The notes under the pieces: model-generated | What the model saw: the letters and a program-made list of their open reading frames with translations, nothing else | Databases searched by the model: none | Told to the model about the DNA's origin: nothing | Shown: positions 1-24,469 of the stretch, piece by piece | Position numbering within the stretch: position 1 is the first letter of the stretch | How the letters are laid out: every line of letters begins with the position of its first letter | Program-made: the position numbers and the translations under genes | Source of the DNA: the human T2T-CHM13v2.0 reference genome, Homo sapiens | Assembly (NCBI RefSeq): GCF_009914755.1 | Contig: NC_060944.1 | DNA length: 64,000 bases | Direction: 5' to 3' (one strand)

Positions 1-258
<258 letters not shown>

Positions 259-616
259 CCAAAATGTTTCTTGAACAATTAAATGAATGAACGAATAAGC
301 GGTCAGTACTCAGTGAATATTTGTTGACAGAAAGGAAAGGAGAAAAAGAAAGGAAAAAAGGAAGGATCTGGAAGGTTTGTACCCACAGTCACAGTGATTT
401 TCTGGGAGAGGAGGCTGAGGCAATGGCGAGGAGGAGGGCATTTCCTGTTAGGTAATGTTTAACCTCTTCTGCGTCTGTATTATGATAGCTTCCCCTAAGG
501 GAGCATCTTTTAGTTCACAAGCAAGCAGTCAATAGTCCCACGGACAAACTCGATTGTCACACATCGCCTTGAGAAGGTGCTGACAGGCAGAAAAAGCAGT
601 TTGCCAAGCAGCCTGA

Positions 617-937
<321 letters not shown>

Positions 938-1132
938 AAGGCCCCATTTCTGTAAAATTTTACCTCTAGCTTTACCCATCCTTGCCTTCACACAGAGGGA
1001 AGCGCCTGTCTGCCCTGGGGGTCAACAGTGGTTCTGTCTGGATAGTGGGGTGGCTGGGGTTAAGTTTTCTTTTTTATAGGTCTCTGAATTTCTGTAATGA
1101 GCATGCACCAGGCATGGGTTTTGGGTTTTTAC

Positions 1133-1245
1133 AGGCTCACACCTTTAACTCCAGCACTTTGGGAGGCTCAGGCAGGAGGATCCCTTAAGGCTAGGAGTTC
1201 AAGGCCAGCCTGGGCAACATAATGGGACCCCACCTCTACAAAAAG
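1133..1245 (+). mobile_element. Alu left monomer / FLAM
   Basis: ggctcacacct...ccagcactttgggagg...ctctacaaaaa with no right arm. Confidence 0.85.
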
Positions 1246-1500
1246 TAGTAACAGTAAGGAGTATGTATTTTTCTTTTTAAACAGAAACACACACACACAG
1301 GAAAAACATGCAACACTTGGCAATGTTCCGGGACCTAGGGGGTCTGGCACTCTGCAGTCATGGCCACCCTGTCAATCTTGAGGGCCATGGAGTGACATTT
1401 GGGTGCCCTGTGGTGCCCACCCTGAGCACTGCCAGTGAACTGAATCCATCCTCCACCTCAGTATCTATGGACAGCTCATTCTTCAACTCTGGGGGGCCGA

Positions 1501-1565
1501 TATTCACCAAGACCACGAATATTCACCCAGACCACGAATCTTCACCAAGACCACAAATCTTCACC
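1501..1565. repeat. 19-bp minisatellite, ~3.4 copies
   Basis: tattcaccaagaccacgaa / tattcacccagaccacgaa / tcttcaccaagaccacaaa / tcttcacc. Confidence 0.9.
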
Positions 1566-1712
1566 TTGCAGGTACTCACTGCTGTGACTCAATCATTCCA
1601 GGGAATGAGCTGCATGGGGTGACAGCCCCTTCGAGAGAGTCAGGGACTGAGCTCAGAAAAGACAAAGGACTTGTCCAAGAATGCACAGCCATTAGGTAAG
1701 TGGTGGCACCAG

Positions 1713-2347
<635 letters not shown>

Positions 2348-2358
2348 TGGTACCTGGA

Positions 2359-2666
<308 letters not shown>

Positions 2667-2679
2667 CTGCACCAGGATT

Positions 2680-3275
2680 TTAAAAAATGGCTGTATTGAG
2701 ATATAACTCACATGCCACACAATTGATCTACTTAAAGGCTACATCCACTTAAAGGATATTCAGCAGGCTTTAGTATCTTCACGAGGTTGTGCAACCATCA
2801 TCCCTATCTAATTCTAGAACATTGCATCACCTGAAGAGGAAACCCCATAGCCATGAGCAGTCACTCCCCATTTCCTCCTCCTCTCAGCTCCTGGCAACAA
2901 CTAATCAGCTTTCTGTCTCTATGGCTTTGCCTATCCTAGACATTTCATAGAAATGGCATCATAGTAATGGATCATACAAGTCATCACGTGGTCTTTAGTG
3001 TCTGGCTTCTCTCACGTAGCATAATGTTTTTGAGGTTCATCCATGTTGCAGTGCATAACAGAACTTCATTATTTTTGTGTCTGGATGAATACAGCACATT
3101 CTATTTGTTCATTCATCAACTGACGGACATTTGGGTTCATAAATGGAAACACTTTGGGGCTATTATGAAGAATGCAGCTGTGAACATTCCTGTCCAGGTT
3201 TGTGTGTGGACTACGAGCAACATTTGAGAGAGCTGAAGTTGTTCTGCATCCTTGTCAGCACTTGTCATTATCAGT
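2680..3275 (-). mobile_element. L1 3' end (L1MB-like)
   Basis: ttgagatataactcaca...gttgtgcaaccatca...cagtcactccccatttcctcc...gacatttcatagaaatgg, typical old L1M 3'UTR in antisense. Confidence 0.85.
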
Positions 3276-3276
3276 T

Positions 3277-3905
3277 TTATTTATTTATTTATTTATTTAT
3301 TTATTTGAGATGAAATCTGACTCTTTCACTCAGGCTGGAGTGCAATGGTGTGACCTCGGCTGACTACAATGTCTGTCTCCTGGGTTCAAGCGATTCTCCC
3401 ACCTCAGCCTCCCAAGTGGCTGGGATTACAGGCACGTGCCACCACTCCTGGCTAATTTTTGTATTTTTAGTAGAGACGGGGTTTCGCCATGTTGGCCAAG
3501 CTGGTCTCAAACTCCTGACCTCAGGCGATCCACCCGCCTCGGCCTCCCAAAGTGCTGGGATTACAGGCATGAGACACCCCACCCAGCCCAGTTTTAATGT
3601 TTTGTTTTGTTTTTGTTTTTTGGGGACGAGGTCTCACTCTGTCACCCAGGCTGAAGTGCAGTGGCATGATCATAGCTCACTGCAGACTCGACCTCCTGGG
3701 CTCAAATGATCCTCCCACCTCATCCTCCTGAGTAGCTGGGACCACAGGTGTGCACCACCATGCCTGGGTAATTTTTTAATTTTTTGTAAAGATGAGGGTC
3801 TTGCTATGCTGCCCAGGCTGGTTTCAATCCCCTGGGCTCAAGTGAGCCTCCCACCTCAGCCTCCCAAAGTGCTGGGATTACAGGGATGAGTCATCACACC
3901 CGGCC
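3277..3905 (-). mobile_element. Two tandem antisense Alus (AluS-like 3277-3588, AluJ-like 3600-3905)
   Basis: Two full antisense dimers inserted in the L1 relic. Confidence 0.92.
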
Positions 3906-4394
3906 TGTTTTTATCTTTTATTTTAGCCATTTTAGTAGCTGTGTGTGCGTAACAGTTTTCGCAAGATGTAATTGACAAATAGTAAAGTGCCATATATAAA
4001 GTACAAAATTTGATAACTTTTTCTTTCTCTTGGGAAATAAAGGAGTGGCATTTCTGGGTCACGTAGTAACTCTCTTTAGGCACCAAAATTTGAATGGGAT
4101 CTGTCCTGTGGCAGGGCTAGGGTCACTTCTGCTGGCAGAGTCCACCGCCTTGGGAAGGAGAAGCTGAGCCCTGGCTCTCATCCCGACTCTTTTCTCTGGG
4201 AAGGGGGCAAGTCTGCAGAAGGTTCAAGGATCCAGCTCTGAGCCCCTGCAATCATAGCTCAGTCCTTCCTGCATTCACCACATGTGCACTCAGTCCTAAG
4301 GTCACCAGGCCAGGAGTAACACAACAGGGAACAGACAAGTCCCTGTTCTCAGGATGCTGACAACTCACCTTGGCTTGAGAAGGACACAGCCTTG

Positions 4395-5550
<1,156 letters not shown>

Positions 5551-5569
5551 GACAGGGAGGAAAACGTAG

Positions 5570-6197
<628 letters not shown>

Positions 6198-6248
6198 TAA
6201 AGGCCCAAGGGACAAGAAAGAATTCCTCTAAGTACAGGGTCTTCCACA

Positions 6249-6294
<46 letters not shown>
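6249..6294. repeat. (ATCT)11 tetranucleotide microsatellite
   Basis: Perfect ATCT run abutting an Alu poly-T. Confidence 0.95.
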
Positions 6295-6687
<393 letters not shown>

Positions 6688-6929
6688 TGACTTGTTACAT
6701 TTTTTTCTTTCTTGAACTGTCTGGATTAAAAAAAAAACTTTAACGAAAGCATGACTATATAAGATGCAAATCAGAAGTGTCCATCCCCAAAAATAAAAAA
6801 GACCAGAAGTGTTCATCTCAATGCCTGTTTTCAACGTGAACCCATTTCTGTGATCAGCACCTAGATCAAGAAACAAAACATTTCAGTCCCACACAAATTA
6901 GCTTCTTTTTAATTATTATTATTTATTTT

Positions 6930-7552
<623 letters not shown>

Positions 7553-7983
7553 TGAATCAGACCTGACCTTGCCCGGTCACAGCAATGTACCAGCAGGAGA
7601 GACCCTGGTTCAACTCTCAGCTTGGCTACTGACCTGCTAGGGGGTCTCTTAACCTCTTGGTTCACCCTCTTAACCTCTTGGAGCGTCAGTGCCCTCAGCT
7701 GGAAAAGGAACATTCCACAGATTCCTGGACTGGCAGAGTGGTTGAAAGGGATAGAAAGAAAGAAAGCATGAGAGGTACCTATAGTAAATGATGAAGGAAT
7801 GATAGCTAAGCATGGTCTTTCCACAGGGCCTTTGTGCATTCTATTTCTGCTTCTTGGAACACTCTTCCAGGAAGATGCTTTAATGAGGGGACTTCCAGCA
7901 GCATCACCAGTGGCAACAGGACAGCAGGGCCTGGCGGGCAGGGTCTAGCTGTCCACAGGACTCCATCCCTCAAAAAGACCTTC

Positions 7984-9150
<1,167 letters not shown>

Positions 9151-9399
9151 AACGAAGCTGGGCTGGGAGCCCGACTCATTGTAATTGCCCCATTCCTCCT
9201 GCACAACCTTGGACAACTTCTTCCAACCCCTGAGCCTCCTCTACCCTCCTGCAAAGGCTCAGAGAAGGCTTTGCCACCCAGGTCGACTAGGAGGGTGCCA
9301 TGGGTTCTGAAGCCCCTCCGCACCCTTAGCAGGGCCCAGCGCAGGCTGGCTGCGATGTTTGCTCTTTGTCTTTACGGTGTTTCTGAACTTGGAGTTCTG

Positions 9400-9950
9400 G
9401 AGGCTGCGCCTGCCGGGCCGAGGAGGGGGCCCTTTCTGCAGCCGCAGGCGGAGGCCCCTCGCAGCCCGGGCGCCCCTCCAGGCCGCGGCCCCGGCGAGAC
9501 GAATGCAGCACACGGCCGCCTTTATGGGGCCCGCAGACAGCGCGTCGCCAGGCTAACCCTGCGTGGAAAATTCGGAGGTGGAAGGCGAGGCGCCTTATTG
9601 AGGGGGCCGGCAGCGGCGGCGGCGGCGGCGAGGGGGCGGCGGGGGCTGTGCGGCCCGGGCCGGAAACGTGAGCCGGGCTGGGGGCGGCGACCACCCCCGC
9701 GCATTCCCCGGCCCTCCCGGGACCACCGCGCGCCCCGGCCGGCAGGTGGAGGAGCAGGAGGCGCCCTCACCGTCCCCGCCCTGGGAGGACGCCTTCAGGG
9801 CCAAGCTCCCCTGGCCTCGTTGACCTCCTCCGCTGAATAGGCCCTTCCCTTTTGGGGCGGCAGGACTAAATTGCGGCCTGGGGCCCAGGACACGGGAGCA
9901 ACCAGCGACACCGGTCACTTACGGATGCTGTTAACACGATGGTCCGCCCC
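9400..9950. promoter_or_regulatory. CpG island (orphan promoter/enhancer)
   Basis: Very high GC and CpG density in non-repeat DNA; (GCG)6 at 9613-9630; GC boxes; CCGGAAA 9660; TGGAAAA 9564; TTTATGG 9521. Confidence 0.85.
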
Positions 9951-10338
9951 ATGGACCACAAATTGAGGCTGAGACACTCAGGAGACGGTGGCACACTCAG
10001 ATGCCAGGGCCGTGCCCCATGGCCTAAGGGGACACCTGAACCACACTAGAAATTGGAGCGGCCCCTGAAAGTGGAGGTCATTAATAAGATCAAAGTTAAG
10101 GGCCCAGGACCTGCAGGTGCCCAGCCCGGAGCTGCCATGGTGGGGCTGGAGCCACCCCGAGGTACCTCTCTGAACCTCAGTTTTCTCATCTGTCAAGTGC
10201 GGATGGGCCAGGCACTGTGTCAGAAGCCCAACGAAGAACAGAGGGCAGGAGCCACTAGCTTCTTGACTCCTGGGTTTCCATCCCAGGCAAGGCAACAGAC
10301 GGATGCCCCTGGCAGAGGGACATAGAAACAAAAAGTCA

Positions 10339-11220
<882 letters not shown>

Positions 11221-11225
<5 letters not shown>

Positions 11226-11379
11226 AGAGAGAGGAGCGAGGAAGGGAGTGGGGGAGGGGAGGGTGAGGGGAGGGGAAAGGGGAGGGAAGGAGAGAGAGGA
11301 GGGGAGGGGAGAGGGGAGGGGAGGGAAGGGAAGGGAAGGGGAGGGGAGGGGAGGGAAGGGAAGGGAAGGGAAGGGAAAA
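11221..11379. repeat. Polypurine (GGAGG/GGAAG) low-complexity tract
   Basis: ~160 nt almost purely G/A. Confidence 0.9.
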
Positions 11380-11441
11380 GCTGCACAGGTTGCATATATA
11401 ATTAACACCCTGGGTCCTTGGATTGGAAGGAGGAGGCATGA

Positions 11442-12258
<817 letters not shown>

Positions 12259-12834
12259 ACAAAGCCAGGCCGTGGAAGACAAAGAAAGCCTCAGCTTTCT
12301 TTCTGGTGACTTGGTTTCTGGCTAGCAGAGGACAGGTTTCCTGAGTTACAGATAAGCAGAAGGTCAGGTGAATCAACGATAAGGGATGATAAGGCTCCAG
12401 GACCCACCGGCTGTTCCTGCCTCCTGGGGCCCCACAGAGGAAGCTCATTTTCAGCTTACTGCAGAACCTCCAGCAGAGCCGGGGCCTGGGAGCTGGGAGC
12501 CTACTCTGACTGCCACTGCTGTGGGGTGAGAATTCTCACACATTGTAAACGCTGCCCTGGCTCCTTTCTGGCTGGGGCAGCCAGGTGGACCTGCCCTGGG
12601 CTGGACAGGAGGTTTCCAGGTCCCCAGGATGGATGGTGTGTGTGACGGGGCCTCCCAGACCCCAGGATCCTCTTCCTGGGGGCGGGGCTTGGGCACTGGG
12701 TTCCCACAGATAGAATAGCTTAGAGCTCAAGGGTGAGCCAGCTGCCTGGGTTCAAATCCTGGCTCAGCCATTTAGAATTGGGCAAGCTATTCCAGCTGTA
12801 CTGTGGTCCTCACTGTAAAAAGCTATAATAGTAG

Positions 12835-13669
<835 letters not shown>

Positions 13670-14289
13670 AACTATGGTAATTTTGAAATCAGGAAGAGGA
13701 CGAATGCTCTTTCTATGACACTGTAAAGAGACATGGACAAAGGATTTCTGATTGACAAAGCCACCGTCCAGCTACTGCCACTGTGGTTTCCCACGTCTGC
13801 TCGTAAGGGAAGGAAATGCCAAATTCCAGTTGGCGGTTAGTGAAAATCAGGACATCCCTTTTTTTCCCCCAGTCCAAGTTCACAGATCCCTGAATTCTCT
13901 TCGAGGGCCCTGGAGGTGGTGGTGAGTGATAGGATCTCACTGGGGATGGTGCAGGTGCCCAGAAGGAGGGGAGTCAGATGGGGGCTCCCTCAGGGGTTTG
14001 AGCTGGAGTGCTGAGTGCCCAGTGTAGGTGGCCTGGGTTGGAATCGGTCTCTGCCCACACTCCCTGGAGACCTCGGCCAGTGGCTGCTGGTCTCCAGGCC
14101 TCCTCTGAGGAATGGCCTCCTCGGCCTCTAGGGTTGAATAAGGAGGAGGTGGGACAGCGTGTGGCCTGTGTTGGCACAGGGGTCTGGGCTCTTGATAGAG
14201 GGGTTGGGGGAGAGGCCGTCCTGTGCCTTGGAGGGGGCCCCTTCCCCATCCAATGGCCTCTCCGAGGTCTGGGCCTGTGTGGAAGTCAC

Positions 14290-14665
14290 CGTTTTGTGTT
14301 TGTGTCATCTGGGTAAGCTGGTATGTCTTTGTGTGTTGGGGTGGATGTGTGTGTGTGTGTGCAGGTGTGAGTGTAGGGGCACATCTAGGAAGGGTGTCAG
14401 GCGGTGTGAGTCAGCGTGTTGTGTGTGGCTGTGTGTGTGAGCAGGGGTCCGTTCTGAGAGTGCGTTGTGTACGTGTGTGTCAGGGTTTGGTATGGCGTTC
14501 ACTGGTGTGTGTGTGTGAGTTGAAAGTCTCTGGTGTTGATGGGAGTGAATGTGAGACTGTGGGTGTATTTGGGGACGTGGGGGGTGGACTGATGTGTGTG
14601 TGTGAGCACACATGCAGCAGGGTTGGTGGGCGGTGTCCAGTGTGTGTCTGTGTGAACGTGTGTGG
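14290..14665. repeat. Degenerate (TG)n-rich low-complexity block
   Basis: Many interrupted GT runs over ~375 nt. Confidence 0.85.
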
Positions 14666-14669
14666 CCCT

Positions 14670-15250
14670 GTCACCGCCGGCTCCAGGCCCAGCCACATAA
14701 ACTTCACACCCCTGCGGGCGGGCTCCAGCGGCCCCGCAGCAGCCGCGTAGGGCAATGGGAAGCAGATGGGCCAGGAAGGAGGCCATATGGGGCTGGGGGT
14801 GGGGGCGCATTCCTCCCTCCCAGGGCCGCCAGGAAGCCCCCTGCCTGCCGGCCCCCCCATCGGGGTGGGAGCTAGAACTGACACAGTAACAAATGTCCTG
14901 TAGCCAGCGTGGAGTCAGCGTGGAGCCGGCATGGAGGCAGCCCCCGCCCCACAGCGGGGGGTAGAGAGAGAGAGTATAAATGAGGGGGATCCAGGAGATG
15001 CCGGCGGGGAAGATGCTGCCCTGATAAGCCACACCTGACCCCACGGCTGTGCACCCTTGGGCGCCGCACATACCCCCTCCGGGCCCATTTCCTTGGCAGG
15101 GTGGCTGTTGGGGATGGAATATAGGGACGTTCCCCCCACCCCCCACCGCGCCCCCTCGTCCCCTCCCCCCCTCCCCCCGCCTCCGTTTCCAGACCAGGGT
15201 AGGACCCTAACTCCAGAAACCCTGGTAGATGTCAACAGCAACAGGGTAAG
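14670..15250 (+). promoter_or_regulatory. Candidate TATA-containing promoter / enhancer with possible first exon
   Basis: CpG-retaining unique DNA; GC box 14942-14950, TATAAA 14975-14980, TGATAA 15022-15027, donor GG|GTAAGG at 15246. Confidence 0.45.
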
Positions 15251-15299
15251 GAGCTGCTAACCTGGAACTTGACTGCATTCCGGCGCTGGGGAGTGGCGA

Positions 15300-15540
15300 A
15301 GAGGTGGGCTCTGGAGCCAGGTCTGCCTGGGTTCCAGTCCGTGCTCTGACACTTCCTGACTGTGTAACTATCATCTGGCAAGTCACCTCCTCTGTGTCTC
15401 AGTTTCTTCTCTGTAAAGTGGAGGTAATAATAAGAGCACCTCCCTCCCCGCAGGCGGTGATGAAGGAAGTGCTTGCTCATCCTAGGCCAATCCCAGGTTT
15501 TGGCCAGGCTTGGGGCTTCGTAAATGTTAGCTACAAGCAC
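15300..15540 (+). mobile_element. MIR
   Basis: gctctggagccagg...cctgggttc...ggcaagtcac...ctcagtttcttctctgtaaagtgg core. Confidence 0.8.
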
Positions 15541-16334
15541 CAGCTCCTGGGGGCTTCCCACACCCCCAGGAGGTTGCCTGGACGTACTTTGCAGAGGAGA
15601 CCAGAGAGGTCAGGTACTCGCCAGTTCACACAGGGTTTAAGGGGCAGAGATGGGTTCAAACCCAGGCCTTCCATCCCCGGCGCCTGCTCTCCTCACCACT
15701 CCTCAGGGAGCATGGCTGGCGCCTCCCTTCCCACCCTCTCCAGCTCCGCCCCTGCCCTGTCTAGGGTGAGCTGCTGGGCTGTTTCTTGTCACATCCAGAT
15801 GAGAGCAGAGGCTGGGGCCCTCTTCCAGCTGAGACAAGGTCCAGGAGGTCGCTGGAAAGGCGGCAGGCTCCTCCCACTGTAACCCTGGCCCCGACGGTGG
15901 GAGCCAGCCCTGACTTTCAGGCCCTAATTAGATTTAGGCAGCTCTGGGTGCAGACCCTGGCTCCCCTCTCCCTGCTGTGTGACCCAGGGCAAGGGCCTGG
16001 AGCACTCAGAGCCTCAGGGGTATCCGGGGACAGGGTAGCAGGGACTCAGCCATGGGGAAACGGCAGCGACTGTTCTTGCAGCGAGTGTCTGATGAACGGC
16101 CCCTATTAGTTCCCCCCTCGTGGAGGTCGAGATCAGGCAGGGCCAGAGTGGAGGGAAGGGCTTAGAAGCAGAGCTTGCTCTGGGTGGCTTTGGCCTGGTC
16201 TGTTCACCTCCTCCAAGGCTCCCTTTCCTGTTTCCCAAAGCAACATCATCAGGCAGGTTTGTCGGGAGGCTTAACAGGATCATGTGAAAGCACTTGGCAC
16301 ATGCTAGGTGCTCAACCAGTGCTGTGTTGGCTTC

Positions 16335-17230
<896 letters not shown>

Positions 17231-17552
17231 TGTTGTTGATTCCTGCTTTGTGGGAGAGAAACTGAGGCCAAATCCAAGGTCACAGAGCCAGGAAGGGGGC
17301 AGAACTGGGATTTGAACCCAGGCCGACTGGCGCCAGTGGCTGTGTCCTTAACCTCCAGACTCTACAGAGGCCTTTGGTATAAATCCCTCCCTGTAGCCTG
17401 AAATCCTCACCCAGCCTAGTTTTTGAGCTCAGCTATTTCTGAGCTTCCCAAGGGAGAATGTTTTCTGCCTCTGGCAGAAAAATCGGGAGAAAATGAAAGC
17501 CCTGTGGTCTGGCTGCAAACTCAATTTGGGCAAGCTTGGGACAAATGAAAAT

Positions 17553-17765
17553 TCTTTCCTTCTTTCGTTCTTCCTCTTTCTCTCTTTCTCCTCTTTCTTT
17601 CTTTCTCCCCCTCCCTACCTCCTCCTTTCCTTCCTCTCTTCCTCCATCCATCCCTTCCTTCCTCTCTCTTCCTTCCCTTCTCCCTCCTTCCTTCCCTCCC
17701 TCCCTCCCTCCATTCCTACTCCTTCCCTCTATCCTTCCTCCTAACCCCTTCCTCACTCTCCTTCC
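17553..17765. repeat. Polypyrimidine (CT-rich) tract
   Basis: ~210 nt of nearly pure C/T. Confidence 0.9.
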
Positions 17766-17874
17766 TGTCTGAAATAAACCAGAGCTTACTCCAGCCCATC
17801 TCACATCCTGGTCCTGCTCTCACCTCTGCCTGGATGACTTGAATCTCTGCCCAGTTCCAAGCCTAGTTGGCCAT

Positions 17875-18722
<848 letters not shown>

Positions 18723-20243
18723 AACTGAGTTTCAGAGTGGTCAAGCTTCTTGCCCGAGACCACACAGCTGGTGGGTGGCAGAGCTGGGACTTGAACCCAG
18801 GCATCTGGCTCCAGACTCTGTGCTCTTACTGGTACTGTAGGAAGCTTTAGTTTTGCTTATTTTATTCACTGCTGCATCTCCAGTGCCTGCCTTGTGCTGG
18901 GTCTTAATAAAGATTTGTTGAATGAATGAATGGATGGATGGATGAATAGATTGCTCATTGAAGGGAGTTGACTCAATTAGTAGGTGTTCTGCAATTGCTC
19001 TTTCTCTCCTAAATATGTTGTCTAGGCTGGTCTCGAGCTCCTGACCTCAAGCCATCCACCCACCTCGACCTCCCAGAGTGCTGGGATTACAGGCGTGAGC
19101 CACCGTGCCTGGCCGGGAGATCTTAGAGCAGTGCTAATCCTGTGGCAGAGTCCTGGCCTTCTCTTTCCACTCTGTGTAGCAGGGATAGTAGCAATCCCAC
19201 TGCTCAGGGCTGTCATGACTTAAGTGAGACAGTGCCAGGGCTGTGCCCAGCACAGGAGTATATGCTCCATGAGCCGTAACAGGTTTGATCAGTTTCCCAG
19301 GCTCTTCTTTACTCTGATTTCCTTGTCTGATCCTATCTCCCTCTCAGGCCAAACAGGGCCACACATGGTGCCAGGCACACAGTAGTTGCTCAGGGAAGAA
19401 GGATAGCTACATGAGCGCTTGCTGTGCGCTAGGCTCTTTTTAAACACTCATGATCTGATCTACTTCTTCCAACAGCCAACAAGGAATGGACCCAGTGTTT
19501 GGCCCAGCAGACCCTCCATAAATGTTTGTTGAGTGACTGAATGAAACAGCGCTGGCTACATTGGCAGAGTGCCTGGCACAAGCTCTGCCAGCCTCCTACC
19601 TGCTGCCAGCTCACAGACAGGCCTGGGTTTCTACATCTGCCAGCGCTGCCAGGAGATGAACTGGCCTTGGGGGAGGTAGTTCCCGGCTGTGGAGCCCGAG
19701 GGAGCAAAGCTGCAAAGGAGGATTTTCCTCCACGCAGTTCAGCCTGGGCTGAGTAATTGCTCACTGGGTCTTGGTCCAGCGGCGGCCAGGGCAGGTAGGC
19801 ATGGGGCTGCAGGAGTCACCAGTTGATAGCCAAGCCTGGAGTTCTGCCAGCCACAGCTCTAGGGCCCCTGGATGACAGCAGCATCCCGGAGATGCCACCA
19901 TGAGCTCAGAGGGGTCCCATCACTTCTCTGAGCCTCAGTCTCTTGGTTGGCAGTTGCCCCAGCTCCATGGGGCTGTGTGAGATTTGAAGGGGTCCTGTAT
20001 GTGAGGCTGGGACAGGTGTTATGATTGTGTGGAGGGCAGAAGCTGCCTGGAAGTGTGAAAAGGCCTCGACCTCAGATGCAGACAGGCCTGGAGGGCCTTG
20101 GGTGAGTCATTTCCCTCTGCAAGCCTCGGCTTCCTCCAGCCTGCTGTCATGAGCCAAAGAAAGGAGAAAGATGGTTCTCAAAAGCAGGAACTTTTGAACC
20201 ATAAGTGAGAAAAGAGTAATAACCGTAGTAATAATGCCTATAA

Positions 20244-21317
<1,074 letters not shown>

Positions 21318-21416
21318 CAATAGGGAAGGAAGGAGATACTGCCATTTCTTCAATCACTCATTCATTTTTGTATTCCTTCAGCCAGTACACTTTAGCTTCA
21401 TTCATTCATTCATTCA

Positions 21417-22630
<1,214 letters not shown>

Positions 22631-23274
22631 CTATCTCTTAGTGCAAGTGTGTCCTATGCAACACTTGGGCAAGCCCGTGGGAGGTGTTTTGCCCGTGCAA
22701 CCCCATTTCTTGCTCACATAGCCCTGAGAGGCGAGAATTATTGCCCGTGAGGAAATGGAGGCTCAGAGAAGTGTGTCCTTCTGCTCAGGCTCATGTGGAC
22801 GGGCATTCTGGCTGAGCTGGGGGCTTCGGTAGAGTCCCAGTGTCATGGGCACTCTGTCACCCCTGCTCACTTCCTGGATGGCAGTTTCGGGAACAGAGAG
22901 CCCGTCTTGGCAGCCACCTGACACTTTCCCCTGCCCCAGCCCTCACCTGTTGGGGAAAGTCCCTATGGGTCACCCACAACTGGAGGCTGGTGTAGCCAGG
23001 ATGCAGGCTAGGGAGTGGAGTGGGCAGAAATCCTAAGCTGTGCGGCGGAGGGGGCATCAGAGGGAAGGAGATAGGTGGGGCAGTGGTCCCCAAACCTACT
23101 TTGGCCACATAGCTTCCTGCCTGCCCCACAGCCCCTGGTCAATAATCGGCCTTGCTGACACTCCAGGTGGGGCCTGGGCAGAGAGAGGGCCCCTGGAGTC
23201 ACCCCTCTCCCCACCTGTGTGTCGTTGGGGGAAGTCTTGGCCCCCCTCAGGGCCTGAGCCTCCACCTGTCTACA

Positions 23275-23625
23275 AAGAAGCATTCATTCATTCACTTATT
23301 CACACATTTATTCACTCATGTATTTGTGCTTTACTTCTATAGATATTTCTTGAGCACCTGTTACGTGTTGGGTTCTAGGCATGAGGCACAGGGATATGCC
23401 AGAAAATGAGACAGACTGAAAGCCTCGCTCTCATAGAGCGAGGTCTATGGTCTGATGGGGGAGACAGATCATAGAGACATAAGGAAGATAATTGTGGGTG
23501 GGAAAAGTGCTAAGATGGAAACAAGGCAGGGGAAGGTGATGGAGTGTGACTGAGACCGGGCAGTCTGGGAGGGCATCCCTGAGGAGGTGATATTTGAGCA
23601 GAGACCCAGATGGTAAGAAGGAGCC
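23275..23625 (-). mobile_element. L2 3' end
   Basis: cattcattcattc...ttgagcacctg...gggagacag...gaggaggtgatatttgagcagagacc. Confidence 0.8.
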
Positions 23626-23916
23626 TGGCTGGGCGTGGTGGCTCATGCTTGTAACCCCAGCACTTTGGGAGGCTGGGGTGGGCAGATTATGAGGTCAGGA
23701 TTTCAAGACCAGCCTGGCCAACACAGTGAAACCCCGTCTCTACTAAAAATACAAAAATTAGCTGGGCGTGGTGGCAGGCGCCTGTAATCCCAGTTACTCA
23801 GGAGGCTGAGGCAGGAGAATCGCATGAACCCAGGAGGCAGAAGTTGCAATGAGCTGAGACTGTGCCACTGCACTCCAACCTGGCGACAGAGCGAGACTCC
23901 ATCTCAAAAAAAAAAA
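23626..23916 (+). mobile_element. Alu
   Basis: Full dimer; agaaggagcct flanks both ends. Confidence 0.93.
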
Positions 23917-24469
23917 AGAGAAGGAGCCTGTCCAGGGGATGCGTAGAAAGGGAGCCTGGTGGGGCTGAGGTGGGAGAGGGGGGTGGGGGTGCATCACCTG
24001 GAGCTTCGAAGGTCGCAGTTAGAGATCCACTTGGCTCCTCCTTTGCTTTGTTCAGACTCTGTGTCACCTCCTCTGAGGAGCCTTCCCTGATGACCCTGGC
24101 TAAACCAGGCCCTTCTTTACCCCTTACCCTTATCTGTAGATGGCATCATAGTATCTGTTTATTGGGTGTGTGGGGATATCTTGTCTTTCTTCCTCCACAG
24201 TTACAAGGCCAGCTGGGTAGAGTTATCATGAGATGCCTATTGACTCCCCCGTGGTGCAGAAAATGTGGCCACAAGGATCCCAGCATGGGTGCTGTTGATG
24301 GATGGCAGGGAAAATCAGTGCCGTGTTTTATGGATTGCAGTTTTGACTCAACTTAAGCCTCAGAAGCCAACTCTGGAACCCAAGCCTTGAGCCCCAAAAG
24401 ATTCCCCCAAAATCACAGTGACAATCATGGCTTTCACTGGATGCTTGCTGCATGGCACGCACTGCTACG

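Noticed and set aside
1694-1701. Perfect AG|GTAAGT splice donor
   Set aside because: Lies in a MIR-like segment whose consensus commonly yields gtaagtgg; no supporting exon
14223-15146. 175 aa and 215 aa ORFs rich in V/C or H/T
   Set aside because: Products of the TG-rich low-complexity block
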